From a candidate division WOR-3 bacterium (GTDB lineage: Bacteria > Hydrothermota > 32-111): a stretch of DNA of 64,000 nt. A program made the translations under genes and the position numbers. Below, in pieces: positions 18,489 through 29,725 of the stretch. The notes beneath the pieces are model-generated. The model was not told where the DNA came from. It made no database searches and was given only the letters and a program-made list of their open reading frames with translations. The stretch covers positions 768,001-832,000 of the forward strand of contig JBDRZU010000001.1 in NCBI GenBank assembly GCA_039804105.1, given 5' to 3'. Each line of letters starts with the position of its first letter. The first letter of the stretch is position 1.

Positions 18489-19949
18489 TTTTACGATATC
18501 AGGATCATAAAGTTTTCCAACATTTTCGTTGAATATTCCTTCTATATGCTTATCTGTCAGTTTAAAAATATCTTTAAAAACACAATATTCTCCAGCAACC
18601 CTGACTATTCTTGAGCCAACCGGAATTTTTTTACCGACGAGTTTATTAAAACCCGTTCCATCATAGTTTTCGTAAAGAAATTTAATAATCTTTTGTGCAT
18701 CTTCAAGCATCACAAGGGGTGCTATAATGTCTGCACCAGAAACGATTGCCTGTTTGATCTCAAGTGATTTTTCAGGGTCAAAGTATGTTGGTGCATTGAA
18801 GATTTCCTTTGGTTTACTCAAAAGTCCAAGCAGATGCAATAAAGCAGAATACTGAATATCCCTTATCTCATCATCAGAAAGTTCCATCCTTTTTGCTATT
18901 TTAACTGAAAGTGCTGAAACTTTTTCACTGTGTTTTTTTAAACCAGGGAATATCCTATCTTCAAGGTATAAAAAAGCGATCAAAGATTCAAGATAACTTC
19001 TTCTTGAATCCTCAAAAAATTTTGCGGATGCAAGTGAATTCGTGATAACAATTCTTGCAATCTCAAAAAGAACAATCTTTTCATCTTTGATTTTCAATGA
19101 ATCTATTTCAAATATAAAAACTCCTATGATCAGTTTTCCTAAAAATATTGGTAAAGTAACCGTTGAATTATCCTTAATACCTTTAAGAGAGTATCCAATA
19201 TTTATTTTTGAAGATTTAAAATATTCGATAAACTGGGTCTTGTTTATTTTGGTTCCTACAGGAAACTCTTTTTCAAAATTTCTTTCTTTTTTTACAACAA
19301 AATCTCCACTCTTTTCATCAAACAATAAAAGCACTAAAGAGTGAGGATTAAAAATTGAATCAAGTTTTTCAAAAATGTTTAAAGAATTCGATTCAAAAGA
19401 TTTTATCACAGAGATCATTTCAGAGAAAGTTTTTAGTTCCTCGATGCTTTTTAAAAGTTCTTTTAGATAATTATCAAGTTTTTCCTTTTGTTCTGATACC
19501 AGCTGGTTAGTATTTAACAATTCCTCATTCATCTTTTGAATGTCAGCACTTAACCGTTCTTTATCTAAAAGTAACTGTCTTTTTTCATAAGCGTTTCTGA
19601 TAACAAGTAACATTGTGTCAGCCGTGAATGGCTTTGATACAAAATCGTAAGCACCACTCCTTATGCAGGTCATTGCAAGATTTATATCTATTGTTGCTGA
19701 GATTACTATTATAGGTGAAAAAGGATTTTCTATCGAAAAACTTGTTATGAAATCAAATACATCTGTTCCAGGTAATGAGAGATCAACTATTATCAAAGAA
19801 TAATTATTTAACGATAAAAGATTTTTAAACTGTACACCATCCGTTGCAATATCAACATCAACACTATCCTTCTTTTCATACTCGATAATTTTTTTTAAAA
19901 AATTTGCGACAGTGATTTCACCATCAGCAACTAATATCTTTTCTTTCAT
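18459..19949 (-). CDS. Response regulator: REC, coiled coil/GAF-like region and degenerate HD-GYP domain
   Basis: REC (IVDLSLPG, AYDFVSKPF); C-terminal HSEKV...ALLHLLG...LYENYDGTGF...IPVGSRI follows the HD-GYP fold but lacks metal ligands. Confidence 0.8.
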   Translation of the reverse strand: MKEKILVADGEITVANFLKKIIEYEKKDSVDVDIATDGVQFKNLLSLNNYSLIIVDLSLPGTDVFDFITSFSIENPFSPIIVISATIDINLAMTCIRSGAYDFVSKPFTADTMLLVIRNAYEKRQLLLDKERLSADIQKMNEELLNTNQLVSEQKEKLDNYLKELLKSIEELKTFSEMISVIKSFESNSLNIFEKLDSIFNPHSLVLLLFDEKSGDFVVKKERNFEKEFPVGTKINKTQFIEYFKSSKINIGYSLKGIKDNSTVTLPIFLGKLIIGVFIFEIDSLKIKDEKIVLFEIARIVITNSLASAKFFEDSRRSYLESLIAFLYLEDRIFPGLKKHSEKVSALSVKIAKRMELSDDEIRDIQYSALLHLLGLLSKPKEIFNAPTYFDPEKSLEIKQAIVSGADIIAPLVMLEDAQKIIKFLYENYDGTGFNKLVGKKIPVGSRIVRVAGEYCVFKDIFKLTDKHIEGIFNENVGKLYDPDIVKLLFTIIKNE

Positions 19950-19950
19950 T

Positions 19951-22900
19951 TTAACTGTTCAAAGGCAATTTTATTACAAAAGATACACCATTTTCTCTGT
20001 TAACAGCGAATATTGTCCCATTGTGTTCCTTTATAATATTAAAGGAGATTGCAAGACCGAGTCCTGTGCCACCACTCTTCGTTGTGAAAAACGGTGCAAA
20101 AATTTTTGAGAGATTCTCCTCAGGAATTTTTGGACCATCGTTATAAATATCTATAACAAGAAAATTGTCTTCTTTTTTAATCGAAATTTCAATATGACCA
20201 TTCTTTCCAATCGATTGGACAGCATTCAAAAGTATATTCATAAAAACTTCGATCATCTGTTCCTCATCAACCATTATCTCCTGAATATCCTCATTTATGT
20301 TAACATTCAGAGATATGTTCGTTTCTTCAAGTTTATTTTTTACCATCTCAACCGCATGATTTAAAACATCGAGAATGTTCACCTTTGAAAGTAGCACAGT
20401 TTTTGCCTTTGCAAAAGATGTCATATCGTTCACAAGCCTGTCCAATCTTTTGACCTCTTTTATCACAAGATCTATTGACTCAGTGAGTATATCATCATCT
20501 TTAAGTCGCATCTTTAAAAATTCCATTCCAGTTAAAATACCTGAAAGAGGATTTTTTATCTCATGCGCCATACCAGCTGCCATCTGTCCAAGCATCGCAA
20601 GGTTCTCTTTTGCTTTCAATTCATTCTGAATCTTTTTGATTTCAGAAAGATCTTGAATTATACATACGAGTTCAAGATCCTTTTCGAATTTTATAGGTGT
20701 AATACTTATACCACAGGGTACACTCCCCCTCTTCTTGCTTTTTAAAATTATTTCATCTCTGAATAAAGGTTTTTCACTTTTAATAACATTATCTATTATT
20801 CCATTTTTATCCTCAAAAAGATCAAGATAATGCATGTTGAAAATCTCATCAGGTTCATATTCACCGATTTTTAAAAGTGAATTGTTAAAATGTATAACCT
20901 TTCCATTTCTATCTATATAAACAACACCAGAAGGTATGTTGTTCAAAATCAGATCAGAAATCTGCAAATCCTTAGAGGATTCTTCAAACCTTGAGATTGC
21001 TATGATCGCTGTGTTTGCAAGAGTTTCAAGAAACTGTTTATCCGACTCAGAAAAATATCCACTCTTTTTGTTATCAACACACAAGACCCCAATCGTTCTA
21101 CCAAGAAACTTTAAAGGAACATTTATAAGATTTTCTACTTTATAATATTTTGATAAAGATTTTATCGGTTTAAAATATTCACTCTTAGTCACATCATTTA
21201 AAATCAAAGAGTTTCCAGTTTTATAAACATATCCAGCAGCACTTTCTGACATATCCTTTACCTTTTTCAATTTTTCGATTTCTATGCCCAAAGATGCTTT
21301 GAAAACAAGTCTCCCACTCTCCTGAAAAAGAAGGGAAGCATAGGTCCCATCAACGATTTTAACAGCAGATTCAAGAAGATATTTGAAAAACTCTTCAATA
21401 CTTTTTACATAAATGAGTTTTTCAGTCAGATTGCTAATAATGTTATACTGCTTCAATTTTCTTTCATTTTCATCAAACAGTAATGCACTTTCAAATTTGA
21501 TATAAAGTTCTTGAACGATAGCGTTAAAAGTATAATCATATATTTTTGTTTTAAGGTTATTATCTGAAAAAACGATCAGGAGGAATTTATCCTTTTTGTT
21601 AACAAAAATGGGTAAAACTGTTGCATACCGTATCTCTTTTTTAAAAAATGATTTACTAATTTTTGGATCATCAAAAAAGTTTGTAACACTCTGATTTATC
21701 TCTTGTTCAAAATAATATTTTTTCTTATCCAAAAGTATAGTTTTTAGTTGTTCGTTTTCAAAATATGTTTCTTTTATTTGATAACTTTCATCTTCATTTT
21801 TTTCAAGAAGTAATGTCACTTTACTTTTAAGCAAACTTCCTAAAGTTGCGGTAACTATTTTTGAAAGAAATTTTAGATTCAAAGAACTTCTTAAACTCGT
21901 AAAAATTTTGTACAGAATCGTCAACTGTTCAATCTTGTTTTCCGAGTCCATCTGTAAAAGAAGAGATTTTATAAAACTTGCTGAATTGTTCGAAATTATT
22001 TTAACAAGTTCAAAATCTTTTTCAGTAAAAGGAATCTTTCCAAACCTTGTCAACATTAGAACACCAACAAGTTCACCCTTGAAAATTATCGGTACACATA
22101 TACCTGCCTGTGATTGTTTTTTATAACCTTTTGTGTATTCAATGTTAGGAAACTTTAAAAGATCGTCAAGCATTAAAGGTTCTTTTGTGAGAGCAACTGT
22201 TCCAGAAATACCTTTTCCAACAAAAAAATCTCTCTCCATCAATTCTTTTTCATCTATACCTATCGCCGAAACAGCTCTTAGTTTATCCTCTTCAGTTTTT
22301 ACCAGTATAAAACCTCTATCAGCGTTTATCTCTGAAATTAAAAATTCAAGAAGGTTTCTGAAACTTTTTTTATAATCTTTATCCTGTGATAATATTTTTG
22401 AAACTTTTAATATCACTTCAAGTTTTTTCAAACTTTCATTCTTTTCTTCATAAAGATACGATTTATCAAATATATTTCCAACCTGTTCGTAAAATGTTTG
22501 TATAAAATCCTTTTTAAACCTGTCATTTGCAACATCTTCTGTAAACTCAGTGATTATCTTTCCAAACATCTTTTTGTTATAAATTATAGGCAAATAAATT
22601 ATATTCTTTATATTTTTCTTAACTTTTAATTCGTTTAATTTTGCTCCATAATAATATATTACATTTTCATCTCTTAAATTTTTAAAATGATCCAAATGCT
22701 TGCTCTTTATTTTGTTTAAATCAAAAGTTGTAACATCAAGTTTAAACTGTTCATCTTTTAAAACATCTACATAATAAACATTTTTCGGTTTAAGATTTTT
22801 AAAATAGTATTTCAAAACCTGAGGAATTAAAACTTTTATATCAATATTTGAAGAAAAAAGGTTGTTCAAATTATTCACAATTTCTGTCTTCTTTTGAACG

Positions 22901-23898
22901 AAATAATACTCTTCTTCAATCATTTTTTTCTCGGTAATATCCTCTATCAAAATCACAACTCCAACACATCTTCCATTCTCTATCAAAGGATATCCATAAA
23001 GATTTTGAACGAGTTCTTTTTTTAGCCTTGTGGAATACCTTTTAACTCCAAGCATCCTTCTCGTCTTTTTTGTCTCTATTATTTCAGAAAGTATTTTATC
23101 GAGTTTCAATTCGAGTAGATCAGGGAAAAGGTCAAAAATATTTTTACCTATCATCTCAGAGTTGGTGAATTTATACTTTTCCGCTGTAAATTTGTTAAAC
23201 TTGATTATATTACCTTCCCTGTCAAGAACAATGATTCCCTGTGCAATAGCATCAAAGACAAGATTCTGAATCCTTTTTAAACCTTCGATCTCTTTTGTCC
23301 AAATCTCCTTTTCTTTGAGATCATAAATTATCACAATAGAATAATCTTCCCATGGAAAGATACTGACTTTTACAGAACTGGAATTTCCATTTACATCATA
23401 CATTTCTATGAAAAGTTCCTGTTTTATCTTCTTTTTTAACGATATTATTGTTTTTTCTAGATAGTCAGGCAAAACATACTCACTGAAATATGTCGCATTA
23501 CCTAAATATGTATCCCCATATTTTATCTGAAATGATTGGTTTGAAAGGATAACCTTTAAATCTTTATCAAGAAAACATACAGCAGAATCTATACTATCAA
23601 GGAGTTCTGCGAGAAGGTATATATCCATTATGGAAGAAGTGTTCACTTCGTTTTTAAAAAATATGATGATCTTTTCATAGTTCGGGAAATTAAAGTAAAT
23701 GTATTCACCGAAAGTACTATAGATAAAAATATCCCTTTTAAATTTTATCGATGATAAAAATCTTTTAATATCAAAATCTTTTTCAACAAAATTCTCTTTA
23801 CGGTAATCTGATACCACCCTCCCATCATAGGTTGACAAAATAAATGAAATATTTTTTAATTTTAAAAAATCAAGAAAAGATACTAAAACATTTCTCAT
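19951..23898 (-). CDS. Cytoplasmic multi-sensor histidine kinase (PAS/GAF repeats, HisKA, HATPase)
   Basis: H-box MAHEIKNPL, N-box NILLNAVQ, G-boxes FFTTKSGGTGLGL; PAS-like (GIIVLDREGNIIKFN) and GAF-like (GKGISGTVA...CVPIIFKGELVGVL) segments; no TM. Confidence 0.9.
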   Translation of the reverse strand: MRNVLVSFLDFLKLKNISFILSTYDGRVVSDYRKENFVEKDFDIKRFLSSIKFKRDIFIYSTFGEYIYFNFPNYEKIIIFFKNEVNTSSIMDIYLLAELLDSIDSAVCFLDKDLKVILSNQSFQIKYGDTYLGNATYFSEYVLPDYLEKTIISLKKKIKQELFIEMYDVNGNSSSVKVSIFPWEDYSIVIIYDLKEKEIWTKEIEGLKRIQNLVFDAIAQGIIVLDREGNIIKFNKFTAEKYKFTNSEMIGKNIFDLFPDLLELKLDKILSEIIETKKTRRMLGVKRYSTRLKKELVQNLYGYPLIENGRCVGVVILIEDITEKKMIEEEYYFVQKKTEIVNNLNNLFSSNIDIKVLIPQVLKYYFKNLKPKNVYYVDVLKDEQFKLDVTTFDLNKIKSKHLDHFKNLRDENVIYYYGAKLNELKVKKNIKNIIYLPIIYNKKMFGKIITEFTEDVANDRFKKDFIQTFYEQVGNIFDKSYLYEEKNESLKKLEVILKVSKILSQDKDYKKSFRNLLEFLISEINADRGFILVKTEEDKLRAVSAIGIDEKELMERDFFVGKGISGTVALTKEPLMLDDLLKFPNIEYTKGYKKQSQAGICVPIIFKGELVGVLMLTRFGKIPFTEKDFELVKIISNNSASFIKSLLLQMDSENKIEQLTILYKIFTSLRSSLNLKFLSKIVTATLGSLLKSKVTLLLEKNEDESYQIKETYFENEQLKTILLDKKKYYFEQEINQSVTNFFDDPKISKSFFKKEIRYATVLPIFVNKKDKFLLIVFSDNNLKTKIYDYTFNAIVQELYIKFESALLFDENERKLKQYNIISNLTEKLIYVKSIEEFFKYLLESAVKIVDGTYASLLFQESGRLVFKASLGIEIEKLKKVKDMSESAAGYVYKTGNSLILNDVTKSEYFKPIKSLSKYYKVENLINVPLKFLGRTIGVLCVDNKKSGYFSESDKQFLETLANTAIIAISRFEESSKDLQISDLILNNIPSGVVYIDRNGKVIHFNNSLLKIGEYEPDEIFNMHYLDLFEDKNGIIDNVIKSEKPLFRDEIILKSKKRGSVPCGISITPIKFEKDLELVCIIQDLSEIKKIQNELKAKENLAMLGQMAAGMAHEIKNPLSGILTGMEFLKMRLKDDDILTESIDLVIKEVKRLDRLVNDMTSFAKAKTVLLSKVNILDVLNHAVEMVKNKLEETNISLNVNINEDIQEIMVDEEQMIEVFMNILLNAVQSIGKNGHIEISIKKEDNFLVIDIYNDGPKIPEENLSKIFAPFFTTKSGGTGLGLAISFNIIKEHNGTIFAVNRENGVSFVIKLPLNS

Positions 23899-23906
23899 AA
23901 TCTTCC

Positions 23907-24164
23907 CTATATATTTATTAGATTTTCTAAATGTTTTTTTGCATCAACATTGTTTCTATCGATTTCCAAAACTTTTTTAAAACATTCCTTTGCTTTTTCG
24001 ATATCGTTTATACTTTCATAAACTATTCCAAGGTTATAATATATATCAGTATCATCGGGAAACAAGGTTAACCCCTCCTCAAAAATTTGTATCGCTTTTT
24101 TGAAGTTCTGGTTCTGGAAATAAAAAAAACCTGCTTCTAGAATTTTTTCTTTATCCGGTTCCAT
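23907..24164 (-). CDS. Small TPR protein
   Basis: Two TPR-like repeats (IYYNLGIVY...KAKECFKKVLEID). Confidence 0.8.
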   Translation of the reverse strand: MEPDKEKILEAGFFYFQNQNFKKAIQIFEEGLTLFPDDTDIYYNLGIVYESINDIEKAKECFKKVLEIDRNNVDAKKHLENLINI

Positions 24165-24170
24165 TGTTTA

Positions 24171-24199
24171 ATAATATTATAAATTTTCAATCTTTTCAA
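24171..24199 (-). promoter_or_regulatory. Putative leaderless promoter for the TPR-kinase-regulator genes
   Basis: TTGAAA-N17-TATTAT-N6-ATG; no SD sequence. Confidence 0.4.
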
Positions 24200-24872
24200 G
24201 ATCTTCCTTCAAACCGATCATAACAAGTATATCACCTTCAATTATTCTTTCCTTTGGAGATGGTGATATTATCGTATCTTCTTCAAAACTGAGTTTGTAC
24301 GAATCTGTTGTGGATGGCTGTTTCCTTTTGATCGCTATTATGTTTATATCATATCTTTTTCTTATATCTATCTCTTCGATGGTTTTTCCCACAAAAACTT
24401 CTGGTGTTTTTATCTCAACAAGATTGTAGGAAGGGGAAAGTTCGATGATGTCAAAAATTGATGGAGAGATAAGGGTATTAGCAAGTCGATCTGCACTTTC
24501 AAGTTCTGGATATATTATTCTGTCAACACCAATCTTTTCAAGTACTTTTCCATGTTTTTGATCACTCGCTTTAGCAATAACCTTTCTTATTTTTAAGTCC
24601 TCTTTTAAAAATGAAGAAAGAAGTATGCTTGTTGCTATATCCTTTATAGCGATAACTGCAACATCAACATCCATAAGTCCAACCTCTTTTAATCCTTTTT
24701 CATCTAATGCATTCAACTGTATCGCATGCGTAACCTTATTTGAAATATCGTCAATCTTACTCTCATCAGAATCTATAGCTATTACCTCATAACCTTTCTC
24801 TGAAAGTTTTGTTGCAACATGATACCCAAAACTGCTAAGCCCTATAACTGCAAAAAACTTTTTATCAGACAT
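24177..24872 (-). CDS. ktrA: Ktr/Trk K+ uptake regulatory (RCK) subunit
   Basis: AVIGLSSFG Rossmann motif, KIGVDRIIYPE, TrkA-C domain. Confidence 0.9.
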   Translation of the reverse strand: MSDKKFFAVIGLSSFGYHVATKLSEKGYEVIAIDSDESKIDDISNKVTHAIQLNALDEKGLKEVGLMDVDVAVIAIKDIATSILLSSFLKEDLKIRKVIAKASDQKHGKVLEKIGVDRIIYPELESADRLANTLISPSIFDIIELSPSYNLVEIKTPEVFVGKTIEEIDIRKRYDINIIAIKRKQPSTTDSYKLSFEEDTIISPSPKERIIEGDILVMIGLKEDLEKIENL

Positions 24873-24881
24873 AAAACCTCC

Positions 24882-26261
24882 TTATCCAACAAGGATCTTT
24901 GCCTTTGGATACTGGAACGAATCTCTTCTATCTTTTGTTAAAAAGATATTCACAGCAGTCAAAACTCCAACCCTTCCAATAAGCATCACAAACATTATTA
25001 CAAACTTTCCCAAAGGAGTAAAATTCGCAACGAGTGAAACATTTGAAATCTTTCCACCCAAAGATAAACCAACCGTTCCATACGCTGAAACGACTTCAAA
25101 AATCACTCTAAAAGGTTCCTCATGTTCACTTATAAGAAGGATCAAGATCGCAAAAACAACAATGAATATCGTAATTGTAAATATAAAATATGACTTCATT
25201 ATCATTTCCTCATCCACCCTTCTTTTGAAAATGTTGAGATTTCTTCTTCCTTTGAGATTGTTTATCATATAAGTGACAACAAGATAAAAAGTTGTTGTCT
25301 TTATACCACCACCGGTTCCTCCGGGAGATGCACCTATAAACATAAGTATTATCAAAAGAAAGATTGATGAACTCTTCAACAAAGCAAAATCAATAGTATT
25401 AAAACCCGCTGTTCTTGGAGTTACAACCTGAAACAAAGAGTTAAAAATTTTTCCAAAAATATCAAGTTCTTTTAAGGAGGAGTTACTTTCAAAAATAAAA
25501 AATAAAAGAAAAGGAATCACGATGAGTAGAGAAGTCATTATTATCACTATTTTTGTATGGTTCTCGAATTTTTTATAATAAAATCTATTTTTATACACAT
25601 CTCTTACAACGATAAATCCAATTCCTCCCACCACGATCAATAAGATAACCGTTAAAATTATAATCGGATCATTTCTAAAATTAAAAAGGTTTGTCGAAAA
25701 AGTTGAAAAACCTGCATTACAAAAAGATGATATTGAATGAAAAATAGAACAGAATATCGCTTCTGGAACATCTCCAATAATCTGAACAAACCTGAAAAAC
25801 ATTATTACACTTCCTAAAAGTTCCATTGAGAAAACAAACAATAAGAGTTTTAAAATATAATTTTTGATCTCTTTACTGGAGAATTTCTGAAATTCTTGAA
25901 GAGTTTGAAACCTGATATTCGAATCAACCCTTTTCGCTATCGCAAGTGTAAAAAAAGTTGAAATCATAATATATCCAAGTCCACCCACCTGGATCAAAAG
26001 TAAAATTATAAGTTTTCCAAAAGGTGAGAAAAATGTTGCCGTGTCTTTGACTATCAAACCTGTTACACACACAGCAGAGGTTGAAGTAAAAAGTGCATCT
26101 ATAAAATTTATATTAACTTTAGGATCATTTAGAGAAATAGGCAGAGAAAGAAGGAGTGCTCCAGAAATTATAAAAACAATATATCCAAAAATTATCACCA
26201 AAGAAGGGTTCACCTTTTTTACCGTGAAATCATTTTCAAAATAATATTTTTGCTGTTTCAT
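24882..26261 (-). CDS. ktrB: Ktr/Trk K+ uptake membrane subunit
   Basis: Four pore loops: SAVCVTGL, SFCNAGF, TPRTAGF, SAYGTVGLS. Confidence 0.92.
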   Translation of the reverse strand: MKQQKYYFENDFTVKKVNPSLVIIFGYIVFIISGALLLSLPISLNDPKVNINFIDALFTSTSAVCVTGLIVKDTATFFSPFGKLIILLLIQVGGLGYIMISTFFTLAIAKRVDSNIRFQTLQEFQKFSSKEIKNYILKLLLFVFSMELLGSVIMFFRFVQIIGDVPEAIFCSIFHSISSFCNAGFSTFSTNLFNFRNDPIIILTVILLIVVGGIGFIVVRDVYKNRFYYKKFENHTKIVIIMTSLLIVIPFLLFFIFESNSSLKELDIFGKIFNSLFQVVTPRTAGFNTIDFALLKSSSIFLLIILMFIGASPGGTGGGIKTTTFYLVVTYMINNLKGRRNLNIFKRRVDEEMIMKSYFIFTITIFIVVFAILILLISEHEEPFRVIFEVVSAYGTVGLSLGGKISNVSLVANFTPLGKFVIMFVMLIGRVGVLTAVNIFLTKDRRDSFQYPKAKILVG

Positions 26262-28551
26262 AAATATTTTTCACAAAATAAAATTTTAAATCCTTTTTAA
26301 CCTTTTGAGGTATCTTTAATAAATTTGATCTATTTTTTTCTGGAATGATTATATTTTTGATTCCATCTATCTGTGCAGCAACAATTTTCTCGAACAAACC
26401 ACCAACGGGCAGAACGTTTCCAGTCAGGGTTATCTCTCCCGTCATCGCAAAATCACCTTCAACAGGTTTTTTAGTTAAAGCTGAGATCAATGATACAACT
26501 AGTGTTATACCTGCAGATGGTCCATCTTTAGGTATCGCTCCCTCGGGAATGTGTATATGTGTATCAAATTTTTTATAGAATTCAGGATCTATGCCAAACA
26601 GATGACAATTTTTTCTTAAATAACTTATCGCAGTTGTTGCTGATTCTTTCATAACTTCACCAAGTTGTCCAGTTAACTGAACATTTCCATTACCTTCCAA
26701 GATAACCGTTTCAACAGTCAAAACTTTTCCTCCATTTGGAGTCCAAGCAAGTCCGTTAACAATTCCAGGTATATTCCTCTTTTCTTTTGTTCTTTCAATA
26801 TAAAGCTCAGGTCCAAGATATTTAACAACTTCATCTCTTCCAATTTTTTTATTTTTTATTTTTTCACCGATTGCTATCTCTTTTGCCCTTTTACCCATTA
26901 TTGTCTGTATATTTTTTTCAAGGCCTCTTATTCCAGCCTCTGGAGCATAATTTCGTATTATTTTTACTATAGCTTCATTTTCAAACTTTATATCGTCTTT
27001 TTTTAATCCTGATCTTTTCATCATTCTGGGAATCAAAAATTTTTTTGAGATCTCCACTTTCTCAAATTCAAGATATCCTGGAATCTCTATTATCTCCATT
27101 CGATCGCGTAAAGCTGGAGGAATCGTATGTACAACGTTAGCAGTACAGATGAAAAGAACTTTTGAAAGATCATATTCAACCTCAAGATAGTTATCCGAAA
27201 AACTGTTGTTTATCTGTGGATCAAGTATTTCAAGAAAAGCATTCGAAGGATCTCCCCTGTAATCTCCACCAAGTTTATCTATCTCATCAAGCATAAACAC
27301 GGGATTTATAACTCCTGCTCTCTTCATCATCTGAATTATCCTACCAGGCATAGCACCAACATAAGTTCTTCGATGGCCCTTTATCTCCGATTCATCCTTA
27401 ATTCCACCAAGAGAAATCCTTACAAATTTTCTTCCCATAGCTTCAGCTATCGATTGGCCAAGTGAAGTTTTTCCAACTCCGGGAGCTCCAAGAAAACATA
27501 GTATATGACCTTTGCTATCATTTGATAACTTTAAAACTGAAAGATATTCAAGAATCCTTTCTTTTACCTGAGTCAGTCCATAATGATTTTTAGTGAGAAT
27601 TTTTTTTGCAAGTTTGATATCAAGATTATCCTGCGTAATCTTTTTCCATGGAAGAGAAAGAAGCCAGTCGAGATAATTCTTAATTATATTGTATTCTGGT
27701 GAATATGTTGTCAAGGTTTTCAATCTGTTCACTTCTTCAAGTGCCTTTTCTTTTGCATTATCACTTAAATCGGATTTTAAAATTTTTGTTTTTATCTTTG
27801 AAAATTCATCTTCCTGTTCAAAAGAACATCCAAGTTCTCTGTTGATTATTCTCAACTGTTCTTTAAGAAAAGATTTTCTTGCATACTCTTTACTTCTTTC
27901 AATAACCTCATCGTATATTCTCTTTTCGATTTTTTTCTTTTCAATTTCCTCATTGATAAATACAAGAAGTTTTTTGATACGAGTTTCAATATCCGTTTCA
28001 ACGATAAAGCTGTTAAAGGATTGCTCATCAAGATCTATCAAAGAAACCAACTCTTCGGAAAGTAAAAACAGATTTTTTTCTGAATTAACTTTGTAAAGAG
28101 AATCGTAATAAGTTTTATTAAGGTTTGATAGTTCTTTAAAGTTCTTTTTTAAAAGATTCAAATATACTTCAGCAAGATTTTCATCTTTTATCTCTTTAAA
28201 ATAAACTCTTTCACATTTAACCTTTTTATAAGTGTTGTAATCTATAACTTTTGTAATCTTAACATAATCAACAGTAGAAACAAACAATCTTAAAACTTGC
28301 TCACTAATATTTTCTTTCTTCAACACTTTCAAAAGTAAACCTGATACATGTTCATTATCAAAACATTTTAAAACTATAAATTCCCCTTCAGAGATTTCAA
28401 TTTTATGAAAATCGATATCTACTCTATCGATAAGATCAATTTTCTTTAGAGTTTGTAATGAAAATTTCTGAGCATTCTTTTTAAATGAGAAATCGATTAA
28501 AAGAAATAACGAATCATAGGAAAAATTTTCTTTTTCAACCATATCAACCAT
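26236..28551 (-). CDS. lon: ATP-dependent Lon protease
   Basis: [15 protein letters not shown], catalytic PKDGPSAG and GGLFEK; N-terminal domain divergent. Confidence 0.96.
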   Translation of the reverse strand: MVDMVEKENFSYDSLFLLIDFSFKKNAQKFSLQTLKKIDLIDRVDIDFHKIEISEGEFIVLKCFDNEHVSGLLLKVLKKENISEQVLRLFVSTVDYVKITKVIDYNTYKKVKCERVYFKEIKDENLAEVYLNLLKKNFKELSNLNKTYYDSLYKVNSEKNLFLLSEELVSLIDLDEQSFNSFIVETDIETRIKKLLVFINEEIEKKKIEKRIYDEVIERSKEYARKSFLKEQLRIINRELGCSFEQEDEFSKIKTKILKSDLSDNAKEKALEEVNRLKTLTTYSPEYNIIKNYLDWLLSLPWKKITQDNLDIKLAKKILTKNHYGLTQVKERILEYLSVLKLSNDSKGHILCFLGAPGVGKTSLGQSIAEAMGRKFVRISLGGIKDESEIKGHRRTYVGAMPGRIIQMMKRAGVINPVFMLDEIDKLGGDYRGDPSNAFLEILDPQINNSFSDNYLEVEYDLSKVLFICTANVVHTIPPALRDRMEIIEIPGYLEFEKVEISKKFLIPRMMKRSGLKKDDIKFENEAIVKIIRNYAPEAGIRGLEKNIQTIMGKRAKEIAIGEKIKNKKIGRDEVVKYLGPELYIERTKEKRNIPGIVNGLAWTPNGGKVLTVETVILEGNGNVQLTGQLGEVMKESATTAISYLRKNCHLFGIDPEFYKKFDTHIHIPEGAIPKDGPSAGITLVVSLISALTKKPVEGDFAMTGEITLTGNVLPVGGLFEKIVAAQIDGIKNIIIPEKNRSNLLKIPQKVKKDLKFYFVKNIYETAKILF

Positions 28552-29725
28552 TTTTGAAAAATTCTTTGAGATCTTTTTCAGTGACTTTCACAACTTTTAT
28601 ATCATCCCTCTCAGGTATTTCAAACATTATATCAAGCATATACGATTCGATTATCGATTTCAAGCCCCTTGCTCCAGTTTTCTTCTCTTCTGCCTTTTTC
28701 GCTATAAAATCAAGAGCACCATCTGTGAACTCAAGTTTTTTCCCATCGAGTAAAAGAAGTTTTTCGTATTGTTTTATTATCGAATTTTCAGGTTCATATA
28801 AAATCTTTACAAGTTCTTCATGTGTGAGTTCAAAAAGTGGTGCTATTATTGGAAACCTTCCAATAAATTCAGGGATCATTCCAAAATTTATAAAATCCCT
28901 ATGTTCCACTTTTTTCAGAATCATCCTATCAAAATCATCTTTATCAAGGTTGTCACTTTTAAAACCAATCGTTGTTTTATCCATTCTTTCTTTGATTATC
29001 TGATCGATCGAATTGAACGCTCCACCAGCTATAAAAAGAATGTTGGTTGTATCAAGTTGAATATATTTTTGTTCAGGATGTTTTCTTCCACCATAGGGTG
29101 GAATGTTGGCTATAGTTCCCTCAAGTATTTTTAAAAGTGCCTGTTGAACACCTTCTCCAGAAACATCTCTTGTGATCGATGGATTTCCAGCGTTTTTGCT
29201 ACCTATCTTGTCAATCTCATCAATGTAACATATACCAACCTTTGCTCTTTCAAGATCAAAATCAGACGATATGATCAATCTCAAAAGAATGTTCTCTACA
29301 TCCTCTCCAACATACCCTGCTTCAGTTAAAGATGTTGCATCAGAGATCGAGAAAGGAACATCGAGAATCTGTGCCAAAGTTCTTGCGATAAGAGTTTTTC
29401 CAACTCCAGTAGGTCCAAAAAGTAGGATATTTGATTTTTCAATTCCGCCTTTAACTCCAAGTTTTATTCTTTTATAATGGTTGTAAACACCAACTGAAAC
29501 AACCTTTTTGGCATATTCCTGACCAACAATGTATTTATCAAGTTCATGTTTTATCTCTTTTGGAGTTGGAAGTTTTTTAATGATTAAACTATTCTTTTCA
29601 TTCTCTTCTTCTTTCTTTACGAGAAGACCAGCACACTGGAAACAGATTTTCTTGTTATTTATTACTATGTAATCAGAAGATATCTCTTTTAAACATTCTT
29701 CACATTGATTTTCATTTTTTTTCAT
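28544..29725 (-). CDS. clpX: ATP-dependent Clp protease ATPase ClpX
   Basis: C4 zinc motif, [36 protein letters not shown] loop. Confidence 0.97.
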   Translation of the reverse strand: MKKNENQCEECLKEISSDYIVINNKKICFQCAGLLVKKEEENEKNSLIIKKLPTPKEIKHELDKYIVGQEYAKKVVSVGVYNHYKRIKLGVKGGIEKSNILLFGPTGVGKTLIARTLAQILDVPFSISDATSLTEAGYVGEDVENILLRLIISSDFDLERAKVGICYIDEIDKIGSKNAGNPSITRDVSGEGVQQALLKILEGTIANIPPYGGRKHPEQKYIQLDTTNILFIAGGAFNSIDQIIKERMDKTTIGFKSDNLDKDDFDRMILKKVEHRDFINFGMIPEFIGRFPIIAPLFELTHEELVKILYEPENSIIKQYEKLLLLDGKKLEFTDGALDFIAKKAEEKKTGARGLKSIIESYMLDIMFEIPERDDIKVVKVTEKDLKEFFKNG

